From Phoronis australis (lineage: Eukaryota; Animalia; Phoronida): 64,000 nt of DNA. Of the stretch, positions 51,575 through 64,000 are shown one piece after another. The notes below the pieces were generated by a model. That model was not told where the DNA came from. It saw nothing but the letters and a program-made list of their open reading frames with translations, and did no database searches. A program made the position numbers and the translations under genes. The stretch is from contig NMRA01000025.1 in NCBI GenBank assembly GCA_002633005.1, positions 1,095,160 through 1,159,159 of the forward strand, in the 5' to 3' direction. Position 1 is the stretch's first letter. The number at the start of each line of letters is the position of its first letter.

Positions 51575-53087
51575 CAAGGCTTGGAATTTTCCGCGGAAAC
51601 ACGGATTTCCACTTTTTTCTCTTATTCCTTCCGCGCATTTTTATTATATTTCTGCGGAAAAAAATCGGATTTGCCATAAAATTTTCGCTGTAGATCAATT
51701 TCTAACCACGGCGTTGCTGACTACTAGAAAAGTGGAAACTGCTCTTTATGTTTTGGAGGAATGAAAATTGTAATTGCGGGGGTACCTGGGATTGCGTGGT
51801 TCATCAATGGCATCTGCATATGGTATTAATAGCGGTGACAAATAATGCGATTCTGCAACCAAAAATGCGTGGAATTTGGAGGAGACAGAATATTTCGTGG
51901 AAAAGGTAGATAACAGAAACGGTCAATGTGTTCGCAATCAACAAAGGTCTGGGTTTGTGCTCTGTAAACGTTGGTAGAGGGACAATTACAGCGTGCGTGG
52001 CCGAATAGCGGAGAACTACCTGAAAACTATGAAACGCAAGAAAGAAAAACGCTTTGTGAAATGAAATTCAACCATAACCTGTAATTTGTTGGATTGGAAT
52101 CGTGGGATGTGAGTGATGTATGAAATTCTTTTGTTTGATCCCACGTGCAAGCCTGTGCTGGCAGTTGCCAAGTTGGCTGCTAGACCCGAGTCCGACGATT
52201 TTCCACGTGCCGCCGAAATGGGATACAAGTGCTATTTTTGTTACTGCAAATGTGTTTTAAGTTGCCGTTGATATATTCCAATTTATTTATATTCCAATTT
52301 ATTTTGACATTTTCATGTTTTATTTTTGTTAAAAAGTTTTATTTTGACCGAGTTGAGTTCAAGAGAGAAGTGGTCATGTGGCAGGTTCTGAATGATCTAA
52401 TTGGTCCAAGCCATTGTTTACAAATTCTGCTAGCCTATTTTGAGTATCCTTGTAGTTATTTTCAATGTCACATAGTTTGTTCTACACCAGCGTGGCTTAT
52501 GAACAATTATCTCCTGTATGTGCTGTTTTAAACTGAAAAGTTTGGCCAACTTAGGATTGTGATTGAATTGTTCTATAGTTTTTTTTTTTAACTTTCATTT
52601 TTTCCATGTTAATAGTATGATCCACAGTTTTCCGTCTTGACTTTTTTCATTGCGTTGGAATTAAATTTTTTGTTGGAATTAAATATGTATGTATTTCAGA
52701 CTTTCCAGATAATCTGGGTCGATTTTCAAGTTTTTTATAATTTTGTATCATAATTATAAGAACTTAAAATAATTTTATAGGTCTCCCTACAGCAAATCAA
52801 GAATAACCTTCTATCACTCACACTGCAAATTTTGCATCATTATCTTTATTATTTTAATTTAAAAAAAATATCTTTTGTTGCATCTAATTACCTTCATTTT
52901 TGTTGCTGAAATAGATGTCAGGTACTGCTTAAAATGAGTGCGTTTTGCCAACACGACACAGTTACAGGGCGTCTTTTGAGAATAATGTTTTCTTTCTATC
53001 TGTTGTGGTATGCTTGTTTAGATTGCAATGTGTATTTGGGGCAGTAAAAATTTTCCTCTTTTTTGTCATGGGTCATTACAAGCCCTG
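51575..53087 (+). mobile_element. Non-autonomous TIR DNA transposon (hAT-like), 1513 bp, 6-bp TSD
   Basis: TIRs CAAGGCTTGGAAT / CAGGGCTTGTAAT (reverse complement of right end); direct repeat TCTACT at 51569-51574 and 53088-53093; interrupts a minisatellite; subterminal CCGCGGAA repeats; decayed zinc-finger-like coding remnant about 51861-52080. Confidence 0.8.
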
Positions 53088-53344
53088 TCTACTATTCCAA
53101 GTTACTGTTAATCCCAGCGGTATATCTACCACTCCAAGTCACCAAGTCTGTTCATGGGTTACTAACCAATTGACATCCAGTGAACTTCATTCAGATGTCA
53201 GATGGATTCCAAGGGCTAGGTACCATTAGTGTAGTTTTGTACTGTACTCAATGCTTGATAATACAGTTTGGTGTGACAACTGATGACATATGATCAGGCA
53301 GCCTAAACTTAAGTTGGTGAATTTTGTCTGACAACTTAATGTGT

Positions 53345-54370
53345 TTACAGTACATCGCTGCTTAGAATCGACCATACAAACTTCCATTTTTTCTGAAATA
53401 TTATAGGAAGCAAGTTTATGACAAATAGAACTCTTCTACTATAGTTGAATGCCCAGTGTCTTGTAGTTATCTCACGACTTTCAGTTTGGTTATCTTTGTA
53501 CATGTCACATAAGTATTGTTTCTTTTGCCTGTCCTCACCTCCGCACATTCTTTCTCACATATCTAGTGATATTTTGTGTCAGATTTGTTATATTTCACAA
53601 CAAATCTGACCTCTCTACAACACCTATACATGCTGCTTGTCTGGTCCTATCTGCACAGAGGTCTTTGACATTACAAGTCTTATGTCACAATACACTCTAG
53701 TCACAGGCTGTTGGTGATCAAAGACTCTTCCTATTGACCATCCTTTGCTTGGCCAATCAATAAAAACACTGTTGGGTGCCAAAGATGTTAACCCTTCAGT
53801 TGGCACCTCCTTTGTACCAGGTTGTTACTTTTTAACAGTCAGTGACAATCCAAACACATTGTCATTATCACCAGTCTATGGTTTCATATTCAACATATGT
53901 CCAAACTTCAGTGGTTGAGAAGACCTCCTGCAACTTGTGAGGTATTAAAAGGGAAACCACACGTTTCTGTGTTACTTTTACTGGAGCTGAAAAATCACTG
54001 TTTATCTTCGAGAGGTGGTTACTGTTACCCAGGCTGGTATTTCCTTTCCACACAACGATAGACAAGTGATGTGACCCAGCCTAACAAGGGGCCCACATCT
54101 TAATTCTGCATTCAATTCCATACACCAAACCTAATGTCCATCTGAATTGATCATTTGTGTTTGGCTGAGTGAGAACGAATGCAAAACCAAAATGCAATGC
54201 TTTTCCTGGTGAGTTCAATGTACTCTCTATTGTACAGTGGTAAGTACATATGGCAGGTGAACAGTAATAAACATGAAAAAATGTATCTTTAAGATAAACA
54301 AGGTTTGTATTGCTACTGAATTCGCCTTCCAAAACTGTTAGGTTTCCGTTAAAACCTGGAAACATAAACC
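53345..54370 (-). mobile_element. Possible highly decayed LINE (L1/Tx1-like ORF2 C-terminus) fragment
   Basis: Run of short minus-strand ORFs with W...ETIDW and CGGED...YLCD...FNY...VINLL patterns loosely reminiscent of the zf-RVT region; resemblance only. Confidence 0.25.
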
Positions 54371-54908
54371 AACTCTGACTTCACATTGTATATGTAAAGG
54401 AACAAAGTGATGGATAGATTTTGTTGTGTCATCACTTGTCATCTGAATTTGACCTAAAGGTCAATTGTCCTGTGGGTTGGTCAGTCACACTTTATTGTTA
54501 ATTTCAAATGGTTGGTGAGAGCCCTGTTGAGACTGCTGGATTATAGAGACTGTTACATGCTTCTGTAATAAAGACAGTCTTTATTGCTGTTCAATATTAA
54601 GGTGGCATGCTATCCTAATAACCATGTCTACTCACTCCATGATATGGAAACAGGTGTACAATTATGAACAATACCAGTAATGGCCTTGGAGTCCTTTAAT
54701 TTTTTCATTACTCAACATCTTCCGTCCTCATCAGATCGTCCACTTGCCCTGAAGAGGTGGGAGCACTCTTGTGAGTTGAAGTAGTGCTATGTAATTTTGT
54801 GGATCCCGTCACACATGTCTGTGTGGGGCCCAACAGTCATTCACCCCACTTCTTCCTGTCTGCACCGATTGGCTTGGGTTAGTTCCATTGTATACAAAAG
54901 TTTCACCC

Positions 54909-55230
54909 TGTTCACACCAAAGCAGTTATAACTTAACACTTATTTAAAGGTTATAACTCTTGTTATTAACACTTTACAAGTCACTTGTTCAAGGTGCAAT
55001 TGTAGCATAGTTATAACCCTTTGTGAGGGGCTTAGAAAGACCTCTGTGAAGGGGGCTTAGCAAGAGGTTATAATGGTTGTATCTTAACTGCAAAAGTTAG
55101 AACTCGGTAGGTGACGCTGCTGTCAAGTCTCACTAGGAATTATGTGATGACTCGAATAGTGATGACACTGAAGACTAGGGATTAAAACTGCAAACTAGGG
55201 TTACAACAGTTCTAACTGTAGGTGTGAACA
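54909..55230. mobile_element. Small MITE-like element
   Basis: Inverted ends TGTTCACACCAAAGCAGTTATAACT ... AGTTCTAACTGTAGGTGTGAACA and internal GTTATAAC repeats; TSD not recognisable. Confidence 0.5.
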
Positions 55231-56632
55231 ATTTTTGCTTGGACTAAAAGCATCATGAGTTTAATGCCTCTTTAAAAAGAACTGCAAAAATACCTCCGCA
55301 GACCACAGACCAGAACAAAACATGGTTTTTGGTCTTACTGGCAATAGTATTCACTGTTTCTCATTAGTCAATACACAGATTTGGTCTGCAATTTGACTTG
55401 CTTGAGGGCATTTTCCCTTCTTGACCCCATGGCACAAGACAGTGGTCTGGGAACCCAACTGCACAAGACAATACTCAGTAGAAGAGTGTTCATGCAGGTA
55501 AACTTATCAGTTTTACAACACTGTTTTGAGTTCCTTAGATCACGACATGTCGCCTTCAATTCTCTGCCTCTGACACTCTAATCCTTACTGTAGTTCATGA
55601 ATTTGGACTGCGGTAAAACTCGCTAATTTTGGATAATAATGATTGCCATAATTGCACTCTTAATTTTTCAAATGTTTCTAGCATTGTTGTGAATGGACAT
55701 ATCCGATGGTAACTTGAACATGGAAAAGGGTTAATTTGATTCGACATTTTTCGGGGAAAAAATGATGAAATAAAATTTCGCATATCGGGCATATTTTGTT
55801 CTAAGCATAGGAGATTGGGCTGTAATTTTACTGTTCATGTCATCCTAATATTAGAATGTCCCGTTCATAATGATCTTCAAATCTTGATTTCCCTCAGATC
55901 TGGGTAACCTTCAAGTCATGCTTCGCGGATATGAGAAATGCCAGTGCCACGTTTACGGAATGCCCAGATATTGCGCCACAGTCTCAAAAACTCCCTTATC
56001 CAGTCCTACCGTTGTCTGAGTACTTGTTTGCTAGTTGTGACAGTGGAGGAATGTAATGAGAGTAGTCCAATGACAGCATTGGGAGGAATGAGCTGGTCAC
56101 TTGTAGTGTAGTGTGCCTGGTTGCAGGTTGGTTAAAGAGACTGTATAACCACTTTTGGATGGTGTGCAGTATCAGTAGCACTAATTCTTAAATAAAACAA
56201 TGGCATTATTTGTCACTGAATAATGATTTGCTATGTAATCCAGTCGTGGGTATATCTTAGTGTTACAGGGCACTAAATGCTACTAGTAAAGTAGTTGTGT
56301 GTATAGTGAATGAATGACATGTCTTGTGAATTTGCATACTTCATAACTGCCATAATACGAGATGGAAATAGGAAATGGCGTGATATTTGCAAGACTTAAG
56401 CTTTACAGTTTGTTGATATTTTGCACCAAGGTGAGTGGGAGACAATTTGGTCACCTTGCTACAAATGCTTGTTCTCACCATTTCCATCTTCATCATTAAA
56501 TATTGGTGATAGAAATTGTACCAGCATTCTGTTACAACTTTGTTGTGTCTCGGATACCACACAAGTGTCAAATCTTACATGATCACCACTTTTGATGATT
56601 TTATGATATAACGTGTTGGCTTATATCCACAA

Positions 56633-56701
56633 GAGCACACGCGCACGCATGTGCGCGCACAGACAGACATACACACACAGACACACACACACACACACAC
56701 A
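56633..56701. repeat. Imperfect (CA)n microsatellite
   Basis: CA run with GC/GA interruptions. Confidence 0.9.
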
Positions 56702-59700
56702 GATATCTGATAACTAAGGTAAGGCAAAAGTTGTCGCTCAGTGCGTGACAATGAACAGATGATGCAAGTATGGCACACAAAAGAAAACCCGTCTATACGT
56801 AAGCGCAGTTGATAATTACGCTTCGCCCCAGATTTGCAACTATTAGAAGTGGCGCAAGTTATCCTAGAACAAGTAACTCCACTTCGATAATATGGAGTAA
56901 GTTGTCACAAGTGGCATAAGTTGTGCTTGTTTAAATAGCATCCACACGGCCTCCAAACCAAGCGACAACTCGTTCCAGGAGTAACTTGTTCTAGCATGAG
57001 TCTGTATGTGGACGGCACTTTTTTGAACACAGGTCTCATCAGAACATCAGCTTTGAAATGTACAAAACTCACTTTTCTTAATTAACAGTTGGCGTTTCAG
57101 TGGAACCATGCCTTATTCAGCTGGAAAAATACCCGCAGTCTTCTTTTATGTTTTTTACTCTTGCTCGTGAGTCTGACACCTTAATTGTATCTGTCGTTCA
57201 AGTAAACGCCCCCTGATTTCTGGAACATTTAATGTTTTTCAACGCCAATGCTTAGCTTAACATGCCACCCTTGATTTTTAAGTTGAACAATTCAGTGCCT
57301 TTGGCGTTATCCCGGATGAGTACGGTAGTTGTATGTTGTTAACTGGTGTTGAAAATCAACACATACCACACATGAACTGTGAGAGTCTGAACTGACTCAT
57401 GCTGTACACCTCAGTGTGCAAAAATAATGTCGTTTGTATCCGTTTTGCGGAAACTTGAATAAGGCTTGAATACAGATGGTACTGGCCAAGCTTGAATATG
57501 ACACTACAGACCTCTGAGCTATTAATATTACTCAATGAGGATTATTCAAGCTTAATAGTATTTATCATTCTTCCAAGGAGAACATTGTGGTATAGCAGTG
57601 TTCAGTCTTGTACCAAAGTTGTATAATTGGTATGACATATGTATGTAGGTGAGGAGTCTGGAATAGATCTTCACTCAAACAGTGCTTTGTTACAGGCTGT
57701 TAATCTATTTTATCAACATGTTTTTGTCAACTCACAAGATCAGATGTGTATGAATCACATTTCATAGAACTGTTTGCCAGTAGTTATATAATAAACCGTT
57801 CTAACTAATTGTGCCATATAAGGTATGAGTAGTTCCAGTGGAGACCACAATACTGTGTTCTATGAAGACCATTTTCATTTATTTGTCCAGTATTCCAATT
57901 TGAACAGCATCTGCCGGTTGGTCGAAGTGCCTAGTCAGTTTGTTCATTTTTTACCCGAGACCTATGATTGTTGCATTTCAGTAGGTGTCAGGTTTCTGAA
58001 ATCAGGTGTATGGCTTGTCCCAAGTGTGCATAACATGCCAACTATTTCTTTGTTGTCTCATTGGCAGTGGTGTGCCTGGTGGTGTCCATCAGTGCTAAGT
58101 CACCATATCTCATGTGAACTGTCATATGCTGGGTGTATATCATTGCCAGTCTTTGTCTGCACAATATCTTTGACCTGATAAGGAGATTTATGGCTTCAAC
58201 ATCTTGTAACACTTTCTGATATGCAATGTTTCTTGATTCTTGTGCTAATGACTTAAGTGACAGATATCAAAAGAAAAATCCTTTATCTATGTTCCAACCC
58301 TGTGCTTATTGTCAGTGTCTTGAGTTATGGTCTTCTGGCAAATTCTGTGTGTGGTTGTCCTGCTTGCACATTTGCATGTTTCTAACAAGTAGGCTTGTAT
58401 TCTTTCAGTCAACTGCACAAAGGTATTATATGTGAACTGGGATGGCAATCTATAAACTTTCAATGTAATACTTTAGTAACAGGTTGTAATGACATTAAAT
58501 GTACATATACATTTACATTAGGAGGATAAATACAATTTGCAATATCAGGGCTGCCAACTGTTACGGATTTCGCTATAGTCTTCTTAGTTTTAAGACCTCA
58601 AACTTGTTACATAGGTTTTCAAATGTTATTTATTTTGAGCATTTATTTCTCTTCAAAAAATCTGTTGTCGAGAGTTTAAAATAGCTAAAGTTATAAGCTT
58701 TTCGAACGTTCAAATCTGGGAAGATCAAGGCAGAAAATCTAGAAAGTGATGGAAATGGTCTAGAAGGCAAGGTCTGACCACTAAGCCGTATCCTGAGTAC
58801 CAGTGTATAATGCAGATTTTACAAGATTTCCCTTTCACGCTTGGTCAGTTGCAGTTGGTTTGGGAAGGACTGAAATTATATTACATTTAGAAAATGAGAT
58901 GAGAAATTCACTGCATCTCATTATGCTGACTTCAGCACTGAGAACCATGGCACCTACAACATTGGCATGGATTACAGGTATCTATTGAGATTTGCTGGGC
59001 CACGGTAACTTGGGAAGAAATCAACCACATCGATAGTTAAATACAAAAATGCATCGATGTGGAGAGCTAAATTTTTACGCAAGGTTGCTTTTTTAGTTGA
59101 ACACCATCTGAATTTGAAAATTGTTGCTTTGGAGTGAATCATGCCATCTTTCAAATGAAGCTCAAACTTTCTGAAGTTTTCACAGAGTACTTGTTTGACA
59201 GCCCTGCAATATTTATGCTAAGAAACTTATTAACTGCTGTAAAGAAACGATTATTTAAGTTACTACTGCTACTGTATACTAAATGTGTTACTATTTGACG
59301 AGTCTTGCATTTTCTGGTAGTACATGCGACCCACGATGACTAATCTGTTGATTTATGCATTTTCTTATACAACATTGTTTAAAACATCAAAATTTCCATT
59401 GCTATTGCTAAGGGCCTCAATAACATTATGGAGCAGTAACTGACACTAATTTGTTCTAATTGTTTTAATGCATTGTAAAGAGGTTGGTTAGAAATGATTT
59501 GATTGTGTTTAGATTACGCAAATATTGATTTATAAAATCTGCTGTTTTACTGTAAGCTTTAGTACTTATTGTGCTGTCACTATGAATATGCCATTTTGAT
59601 ATTCTTGGAGCATGGAAATAAAATTATGTCTTTGTTGGGGTCTTTCTTAATTACTCTGTGTAGTGGTCCCTTGATGCACAGTGTAATCACTGCTGGTGAG

Positions 59701-62700
59701 AAGGACTAATACACACATTTACTGTTGATGTTCTGGCCAAGAAAGCAAGCTGATCAAGTCATGTGGGGTAAGCCATCTGTTTAGCTTTTGTACTGTATTG
59801 ATTTTACACACTCTGTCTGTGTTGTGACCATGGCTGATTAGTAATCAGACACAATAAGAGAAGTATTAGTGTTGAGCTGATAATGTGTGTCTGCATGCTG
59901 TTTAATGCATGGCTCCTAATCACCCCAGTTTACTGGCAATTTATGATCATTTACTTGGCACTCTTGTGATGCCTTGTGTCATAGCTGATGATATCTGATC
60001 CCTGCGCATCATCCGATTACAAATCAGATTGTTTTGTTATAATCAGCTTAAAACATTTTAGAACTGAAATAAGAATGACATTACCTCTGTGTAGCTGTCT
60101 AATGACCTTTCTCCTACAAGTTATATCTGGCGCTAACAAAGCGAAGACGTAGACTGCAGTTAACTTAAGCTTTTTCATTAGCTTCCATAGTTAACAGACA
60201 TTGAAGTCACCGCTAGGTCACCGCTAGGTCACGCTTTCATCGAAGTTATTGCAAGGTGGCATAACATGTCTTCTCTGTTGTCACCTCAGTAAACTTTACA
60301 CAAAATCAAAATTCGTGATGTCTTTTTGCAGTGTGAAATTGTGCGCCTATATTGAAAAATCCAAATTTAATTTAGTGTCGCGGTTCATAACAGTGGCTGC
60401 TGAGTCGAAAATTGTAACCTGGGTTTTGCAATTTCAATGTGGAAAGTTGTACTAGTCGACATAATTCGACCCAATTTCAAACTCAGTAAACTTGGCTTTT
60501 GAGCAATTTTCAACTTGGGAAAAGCAAGGGCTTACTGTGTTGAAATGGCACAATCATCCAAGATGTTAAATTGAGTGTTGTGTTTTGGATGGTGCATTGA
60601 AATTGTACAAAGAATTGTAATTATCCACTTATAAATACAATTTTCCATAGGCATTCAAGGTAACCAACTTATATCTGAAAAAGATGCATTATTTATATAT
60701 ATAGTTATTTGACGTTCCACCGTGTGTCCACTTATTGTTTGACCTACGCCCTTTGGGATTATTTTGGAAACCATTTTTCAAGCTTGAATTTCTGGTTTTA
60801 AATATAGTTTCAAATTGTTGTCCTGACGATTTTCATTGTGTCCTAGAGTTAGTGTACTTGTGTAATTTCCTTAAAATCAAGTGTGAGTTTGGACTGAAAT
60901 GATATTTTTGGCATCAGTTTTGTGTTTGAAAATGTGACCAGTTATGTATGCCCGCTGTGTTTTTGACGACCTTCGTTTGCATAATCAATATGCTTCTTTT
61001 CAATTGCTATGTCAGTTTCTTCCTGAATTACCATGTTCAAGTAAACCAATTAAACTCCCATAGGCTGGCAGACAAATGAATTTGAGGTTGCACTAAATAA
61101 ATGAGGGTAACTCTTTGAGAAGTTCAAGGGCTTTGTTGTGGTTGAGCTAGAGTTGATTGAATGGTATAACTGATGTTGTGGGAAGTATTGAACACATCAG
61201 TTGTTGATACCAATGTATTTTAATAAGTCTCAGAATGTATATTTGAAAAGGCCAGGTTCTTATGTTTCTAGCATCTGACCACATGCTTCTATTTCCCCTA
61301 AACTAAATTAAAATTCTAAGCCTCGTTGCATGAAGTTAAAAAAACAAAGAAATTTAGGCAATTTCATTCATCCATAATTGAAGACTTTGCCTTATTATTT
61401 TAGGAGTTGTACAAATTGATCGTTTGGTTATCTTTGTTTGGAAAACAACCCAAGGTTTGTGTACAGAGAGTGTGTTTTGTCCTATCTGTGGGGCCTTTCA
61501 AGGGGGAGGATTGTAATTGCTTTTGTTTCGGATATTTACTTAACCCCTGCAGTTTGGGTCCTGTATTTCCAAGAAATGGACATTTGATGTAGGCATCTTT
61601 AGTTGAATCTGAAAACGAAACTGTTTTTTTCTGAGAAATTTTGTCAAGCTGTTCTATCTGATTCAACTGTGGTCTTGGTGATGATCTTTAGTCTTGATAT
61701 GTGTAGGGGATAAGCAGTTTGTAATTCCTTCATTATCATGGCTTTACAGATAATCTGATAATCTGTTCATTCAAATGATTAAAGGAAATCAACCCTGGCT
61801 GTTGCTAATCGCCTGCTAATGGAATTTTTGGCAGAAACAACACAAATTTGTAATTCTTATCTACGATTCTCATTTGTTTTAACAGGACTGATACCGCCTG
61901 TGTTTTTGGAAATGTGTTATTTTTGGTCGTTATGAGGTCTTGTGTAGCGGTGGTGCTCTACTAGATCCTGGGCAGTTGGAACACGATGAAAGTGTCGAAT
62001 TTTAAAGCCTTCAAAATCAGCTGTTGATTGCATTGTCTTGTTACTCTGATGTGAATAAAAATGTGAAAAAATTAAAAGAGAAGACATAAATTAATGAAAA
62101 CTCCGTGACCCATGGCCTTTAAGAAAACATGATGAAATTATTAGAGGACTGACATTATCTTAATTGGTTTAAGGTTCAAAGGAGGCGTGTTTAAAATATC
62201 AGTGGTTTAGGTTAAATCAATTCAACCTGAACCCACTTGTAGAGTTGGTTTCGAATCGATGTAACCAAACTGATTCCTACCTTTTGAAATCTTAATGTAC
62301 AAATTAATTGATGCTGCTCATTTAATTTATGCTAAAAATCTGATCAAATGGGCTTTTAAAGAGAAGTGACATCGATAATGAAACATAGTTCTTATTACCT
62401 ATGGGCATTTGTTTTGTAGGAGATGGTACTTCATAATTTTGGATTTGAATTTTTAATTATTTTGTTCATAGATTACCTTTGGCCCAAATGTTACAATTGA
62501 CAATAATGCTATGCATTTGTCTAACACTTCTAGTTAATTGCCATTTTGCCTTTCTGAAATGTGGATGAACCATGTCATACTTACTCCTGGTATGCTCCTG
62601 GGATTTTACAGGTCCGTTGTAGAAATTCATATTAATACAATGCAGGCAAATGGATAAAAGTAGGCGTTGGGAATTCACCTTTATAATTCTCTTGTTTTTT

Positions 62701-64000
62701 TTATTGCCTTTTGTCCCATTTTCAAGATACCTGTGCTTAACATGGTTGTGACCTAAATTGGCCATTTATCAGAGCACTTTACTACCAATGTGTGCTAATT
62801 CATTATCACATAAATTAGGTCTTCAAACTAGTGACCCATAAAGTTAGGTTGCCTCTGTCATCAGTGGGTTTGTGAAATCAGCTGATATGGAGGCGTGTCT
62901 ACACACAGTTGGCCATGAAAGTAGTTCCTTTCATTCATAAAAATAATAAGGGTCCTACTGTTTTTACGTATGCAGGTATTCTAAAATTTGGCTTGGTTCA
63001 CTTTGGTATAGTTGCATGCTAAACGCCAGCAAAATATTGTCAAAGGCCTGTGGCAATGAAAGTTGAAGTTTTTAATGAAAATAATTGCATCTTTTGATTA
63101 TTCTCATGTGATCAACTTTTTGAACGCCTTGAGTTACTAACAAATTTCATTAATTGACATTTCTCCTCGCCACACCCCCCTCTGCTTTTCAAAAAGGATT
63201 GGCCATCTTTGCCGGAGGGCAATAGCAAACAAGCTGTCTGGGTGTATACTCACAAATCCTGCTTCATCAATGCACCCTCAAATAGACAGTGTAGAATTAC
63301 CTGACCTGCACTCCTTGAGTACGACCCTTGTTTTTAGTTGTGGTATTATTATATCTGAACAAGTGTCTGGGGTTATGCACCTTAGTGCCCTTGAGCGTGT
63401 AATATGAAACCAATTTTGTATAAATGCTGATCTTAGTTGGAATCTAATGGTCACCTTTATGAGAATGTACTTTCGATGTGGTCGCCCCTGCCGTAGAAGT
63501 ATTATTTTTGTAATTACCATCATCTTTGAGTTTGTCTATCTCAAACAAATACCACTCAACTATAATCTGCCCAATTTGTCCCATTCTATTTACTTGAGAT
63601 ATTTTGCAATAAGTGATTAACTGGATTTGCAGCACAAAGTTTGCTTCACGTCCAGCATGTTTCCTTGGTAGGGCTTTATGTGAACTGTATCTGATGGCGC
63701 AACACAAGCTGACCAGCCATGGTTGACTTGTGTAGAACTCTTTATTGAAACAGATAAGGTTTCTGGTACACCACGAAGGTACAAGTTAGGCCCACCTCAA
63801 ACTCAGAGGTAACATACGTGAGGTGCATGGTTAGGCATTGATGAAAAAGTTTTTTTTCTAGGTACGTAAAACCAAAAAAAAGTACAGAATAGGGCAATAT
63901 GCACTTTCACGGTACATTTTCTTTGTAACAATTAGTTGCAGGATATTCTCACTCAGACTAAAGGGTGTTGCAAGACTTATAGAGGAATAATAATATGTAA

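Overview
Eukaryotic (invertebrate animal, plausibly a mollusc/lophotrochozoan; taxon is inference) genomic DNA, AT-rich, with no prokaryotic features. Two spliced genes lie head-to-tail on the + strand. The first is a complete myc gene (probable non-coding exon 1 ending at 8206; coding exons 8615-9176 and 9445-10001; 372 aa with Myc boxes and bHLH-ZIP). About 4.2 kb downstream are the first three exons of TRIT1/MOD5 tRNA dimethylallyltransferase (14241-14378, 19401-19541, 35629-35727); no further exon was recognised, so the gene probably runs past the window. Highlights: (i) the myc-TRIT1 tandem arrangement mirrors vertebrate MYCL-TRIT1; (ii) TRIT1 intron 2 is a 16-kb U12-type (minor spliceosome) intron; (iii) Myc E-boxes sit at the TRIT1 start and in both myc introns; (iv) an intronic repeat family carries arrays of same-orientation CTCF-like motifs at about 145-bp spacing; (v) several MITEs/non-autonomous DNA transposons are present; (vi) two duplications flanking single-N gaps are probable assembly artefacts. 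Nearly all other short ORFs in the track look spurious.
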